Shown one piece after another: positions 60,802 through 64,000 of a stretch of 64,000 nucleotides of DNA. Each line of letters begins with the position of its first letter. Positions within the stretch are counted from its first letter, which is position 1. Below the pieces are notes generated by a model. The model did no database searches. It saw only the letters and a program-made list of their open reading frames with translations, and was not told the DNA's origin. This DNA is from a bacterium. Lineage in GTDB: Bacteria > Patescibacteriota > Patescibacteriia > JAGPKW01. The stretch spans positions 5,631 to 69,630 of the forward strand of contig JAJXYN010000009.1 of the NCBI GenBank assembly GCA_021780535.1, given 5' to 3'. Made by a program: the position numbers and the translations under genes.

Positions 60802-62451
60802 ATGAGCTTAACAAGAAACCAACAACTTACATTAGAATTATATAATAATCTAAACAACATAAGTACTGTTGAGGATTTTGTATTAGCAAAAAAAAAGATT
60901 TTTGGCCAAGACAAAATAGACCCCCCATCTAATTCTGACACACTAAAAATATATAATGAATTATTGGATTTAAAAATTATTAGCTCTAATGATAAATTTG
61001 AAAAATTTTGTAAAAAACATAAAGTTAGAACTCTTTCTGGTGTTTCTGTTATTGCTATTTTAACAGAAGAAAGACCTTGTCCTGGAAATTGTGCGTTTTG
61101 CCCGACCGAACCAGATATGCCGAAAAGCTATCTTTCTAATGAGCCAGCCGTAATGAGAGCTATAAAATGTAATTTTGATGCTTATGCCCAAATTAGAGCA
61201 AGATTGCATGCTCTTAAAATTAATGGCCATGATACTTCCAAAAATGAAATTATTATAATGGGCGGAACGTGGTCATATCTTGAACATGAATATCAAGAAA
61301 GATTTATTTTAGGAATGTTCCAAGGGTTAAATGAAGGAATAAGAATGGATGATAACAACCTTCTGCCAATAAGAATGGATGAGAAATTAATTAAAAAAAT
61401 AAAACTAGAACAGCAAAAAAATGAAATTAGTGATAATAGATGTGTTGGGCTAACTCTTGAAACTAGACCTGATTATATAGATGAAAGAGAATTAATAAGA
61501 ATGAGAGAATTTGGATGCACAAGAATTGAAATAGGTGTCCAGACAATATTTGATGATATTGCTATATTAAATAAAAGAGGTCATTTGGTTGATAAAACAA
61601 TAAAAGCAACAAAATTAATGAAAGATGCTGGGTTTAAAATCTGTTATCACATGATGCCAAATTTGCCAGGTTCAACAATAGAAAAAGATATAAAAATGTT
61701 TGATGAATTATATAATAATTCTGATTTTAAACCTGATATGGTAAAAATCTATCCTTGTGTTGTTGTAAAAAATGCTGAGATATATAAATGGATGCTTGAT
61801 GGCACTTATACACCATATACAGATCAGGAATTGTCTGACTTATTAATTGAAGTAAAAAAAATAACACCTTATTGGGTTAGAATTAATAGACTAATAAGAG
61901 ATATACCGTCAACTTCAATAGAGGGTGGAAACAAAATACCAAATCTTAGAGAAGTTGTTCTTAGAAAAATGCAAAAATCTGGATTAAAATGTAACTGCAT
62001 AAGATGTAGAGAAATTAGAGATAAGGACTTTGATATTGATGATGTAGATTTATTTATAGAAGAATATAAAGCAAGTGATGGAATAGAATACTTTTTAAGC
62101 TTTGAAGATAAATCTAGAAATAATATATTTTCATTTTTAAGATTAAGGATTCCCTCTCAATACTTTTCCCACGAAAAACACTTTATAAAAGAATTAGAAA
62201 ATGCAGCGATTATAAGAGAAATTCATACATATGGAGAAGTCGTTTCTATAAATGATAAAAATAAAAAAGAAGATACTCAACATATTGGTTTTGGAAGAAA
62301 ATTAATTTCTGCAGCTTTTGAAATAATTAAAGAAAAATATCCTTCAATAAAAAATATTGCTGTTATTTCTGGTGTTGGTGTTCGTAGCTATTATAAAAAG
62401 AATGGATTTGAACTTGTTGGAACTTATATGATAAAAAAAATAGAAAATTAA
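60802..62451 (+). CDS. elp3: Elp3 tRNA U34 carboxymethyltransferase (radical SAM + GNAT)
   Basis: VRTLSGV, CPGNCAFCP, PKSY, MGGT, ETRPD, KIYP, CIRCREI, RELH-like REIH, QHIGFGRKL, ISGVGVRSYY. Confidence 0.92.
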   Translation: MSLTRNQQLTLELYNNLNNISTVEDFVLAKKKIFGQDKIDPPSNSDTLKIYNELLDLKIISSNDKFEKFCKKHKVRTLSGVSVIAILTEERPCPGNCAFCPTEPDMPKSYLSNEPAVMRAIKCNFDAYAQIRARLHALKINGHDTSKNEIIIMGGTWSYLEHEYQERFILGMFQGLNEGIRMDDNNLLPIRMDEKLIKKIKLEQQKNEISDNRCVGLTLETRPDYIDERELIRMREFGCTRIEIGVQTIFDDIAILNKRGHLVDKTIKATKLMKDAGFKICYHMMPNLPGSTIEKDIKMFDELYNNSDFKPDMVKIYPCVVVKNAEIYKWMLDGTYTPYTDQELSDLLIEVKKITPYWVRINRLIRDIPSTSIEGGNKIPNLREVVLRKMQKSGLKCNCIRCREIRDKDFDIDDVDLFIEEYKASDGIEYFLSFEDKSRNNIFSFLRLRIPSQYFSHEKHFIKELENAAIIREIHTYGEVVSINDKNKKEDTQHIGFGRKLISAAFEIIKEKYPSIKNIAVISGVGVRSYYKKNGFELVGTYMIKKIEN

Positions 62452-62474
62452 CATGATTTTCTATTTTTTATTTT

Positions 62475-62681
62475 TTAATGAACTAATAAATAAAATATGT
62501 AATCTATATTCATAAATATCCATATACCCAATACTCCAAATATAGCTAATAATATACTTTGTATTATACTTTGTGGACTAACCGTTGCTTTATAAATTAT
62601 TAAAATAAGCGCTATTATTATAATAACCCTCATAAACTCATTTTGATTCATAAACATTGTCATACTATCTTGCCAGCCCAT
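62475..62681 (-). CDS. Small two-TM membrane protein
   Basis: 68 aa hydrophobic ORF with a TTGACT promoter-like element upstream. Confidence 0.6.
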   Translation of the reverse strand: MGWQDSMTMFMNQNEFMRVIIIIALILIIYKATVSPQSIIQSILLAIFGVLGIWIFMNIDYIFYLLVH

Positions 62682-62770
62682 ATATTTTTAGCTTATATAT
62701 GCATAATATTTATCATAAAAAACACAATAAGTCAACCCACTATCACAAAAGTTATGATAATAAAAACAAA

Positions 62771-63115
62771 AAAAGACCGAAACCTTTTTTATAGAAGTTG
62801 TTTCTAAAAACTAATTTAATAATTTTTAGGAATAACCCCTATAATATAGAAACGGTCTTTTCTTAATTGAATTAGTGCTAATATTTTCATATCAGATTTG
62901 TGAATACTCATTCAACCAAGAATTGTTAATACTAGGCTTTTAATCTAGTAAGAACAATTCTTGGTTGAACCAAAGCGTTAAATAAATAACGTCTTCACTA
63001 TATTGCGGATATTATTCGCAATATTGCTCATTCAACTAAGAATTGTTCCTTCTAGATTGCTTTTGTATTAATGCTAAATTTTTTAATGTTCTAACTTTAT
63101 TACATTTAGTATTAT
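62771..63115 (+). ncRNA. Candidate multi-hairpin structured RNA with alternative pairing
   Basis: At least six stem-loops whose wobble pairs are G-U on the plus strand; repeat/anti-repeat/repeat at 62911, 62953 and 63031. Confidence 0.5.
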
Positions 63116-63279
63116 AGCATTTTTTTGACTTTATGTCTATAATATTACTCTACTAAACATAAAAATAGCTCAAATTGGCTATTTTTTTAGAACACAATTT
63201 TTGAACAATAATACAATTTCTTCGATTTATGATGTGCTAAAACAAACAACAAACTCAATAATATTATTTTACACTATTA

Positions 63280-63762
63280 TTATCCCTCCATTATATGATG
63301 TTTTCTATATTCTAATATTGTTAAATAAACTATTATAATATCAATTATTATCAATATCAATATAGAAAAAGAATGACCCACAAAAAGTTTATAAACTTCA
63401 TATAATAAAAATAGTATAAATACTGCTATTGCTATTGGATATATTTTATATTGTCTTTTAAAAAGAAAGCCTACTAAAATTATCTTTATTATACCGTGTG
63501 ATAATAGATAAAAAATCCAAAATGTGTTTGCGCTTATTGAGTACCCATGAGATGCTTTAATTAAAAAATTAGCTATTATATCTTTTGGATCTTCTGTTAT
63601 CTCTTGGCTTGTAAAAACTGATATTAATTTTATAATTTGTTCTGGTTTTATTATTATTAGTAATAAGCCAGAAAATATCTCTAATACTGCATTTAAACTT
63701 TTTAAAACTAGAGCTACACCAAATAATCTATCTAGATTTAATTTATTTATATTAATCTTCAT
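63280..63762 (-). CDS. DUF2127-like membrane protein
   Basis: LKSLNAVLEIFSG, QEITEDPKDIIAN, YLLSHGIIK. Confidence 0.8.
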   Translation of the reverse strand: MKININKLNLDRLFGVALVLKSLNAVLEIFSGLLLIIIKPEQIIKLISVFTSQEITEDPKDIIANFLIKASHGYSISANTFWIFYLLSHGIIKIILVGFLFKRQYKIYPIAIAVFILFLLYEVYKLFVGHSFSILILIIIDIIIVYLTILEYRKHHIMEG

Positions 63763-63881
63763 ATTTATATATTATTTTTCATTATTTAATATTATATATT
63801 ACGTTTGACTTATTATTAAACTTCTTCTGTTAATAAGTTTGTGATATATTTAAAAGCAAGATAATTAATACACACAACACC

Positions 63882-64000
63882 ATGTTTAAAACAGAACCAC
63901 TTAAGAATGCTGATAAGGAAATTTTTGCTTTAATAAATAAAGAAACAGAGAGACAATTAGAAACTATACGTTTAATTCCATCTGAGAATTATGCTAGTAC
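63882..64000 (+). CDS. glyA: Serine hydroxymethyltransferase, 5' fragment
   Basis: MFKTEPLKNADKEIFALINKETERQLETIRLIPSENYAS (LIxSEN motif). Confidence 0.85.
   Translation, partial: MFKTEPLKNADKEIFALINKETERQLETIRLIPSENYAS

Noticed and set aside
62738-62748. CACTATCACAA shared with 32830-32840
   Set aside because: A single 11-mer match in AT-rich DNA is too weak to call a shared operator.
63010-63035. Hammerhead ribozyme core (minus strand UGAAUGAG...GAAU)
   Set aside because: It does not match CUGANGA/GAAA, and the required stems are missing.
62907-63047. CRISPR array
   Set aside because: Only two direct copies, 120 bp apart, with an inverted copy between them, and no cas genes in the window.
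1-64000. Alternative genetic code (UGA=Gly, code 25)
   Set aside because: Long conserved genes have no in-frame TGA, and TGA ends pilO (40047) and the ECF sigma (50510). Only one gene is interrupted.

Overview
This is a very AT-rich chromosomal segment read in the standard bacterial code. Gene content points to a Patescibacteria/CPR (Parcubacteria-like) genome; this is inferred, not tested. Core genes are mraZ-rsmH-ftsL-ftsI, radA, rmlDBC, cca, lysS, secE-nusG-rplK-(insert)-rplA, a type IV pilus operon, recG/ogt, engB, an archaeal-type pyrH, trpS, the start of glyA, tRNA-Thr(CGT) and tRNA-Ser(TGA). The most notable signals: (1) an Elp3 radical-SAM/GNAT enzyme divergent from a Trm9/ALKBH8-like methyltransferase, a candidate eukaryote-style mcm5U34 pathway; (2) two homologous ~100-nt hairpin elements 47 kb apart with covarying arms and a conserved core; (3) an ECF sigma/anti-sigma locus with three TGTAAY-N16-CGTCTC promoters, one driving a terminated sRNA; (4) further structured intergenic RNAs at 32.7 kb and 62.8-63.1 kb; (5) six solitary orphan genes with strong Shine-Dalgarno sites among core genes that lack them; (6) a defence-like islet after tRNA-Ser and a split FAD/Fe-S oxidoreductase cluster. 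All calls were made by eye from motifs; no searches or folding were run.
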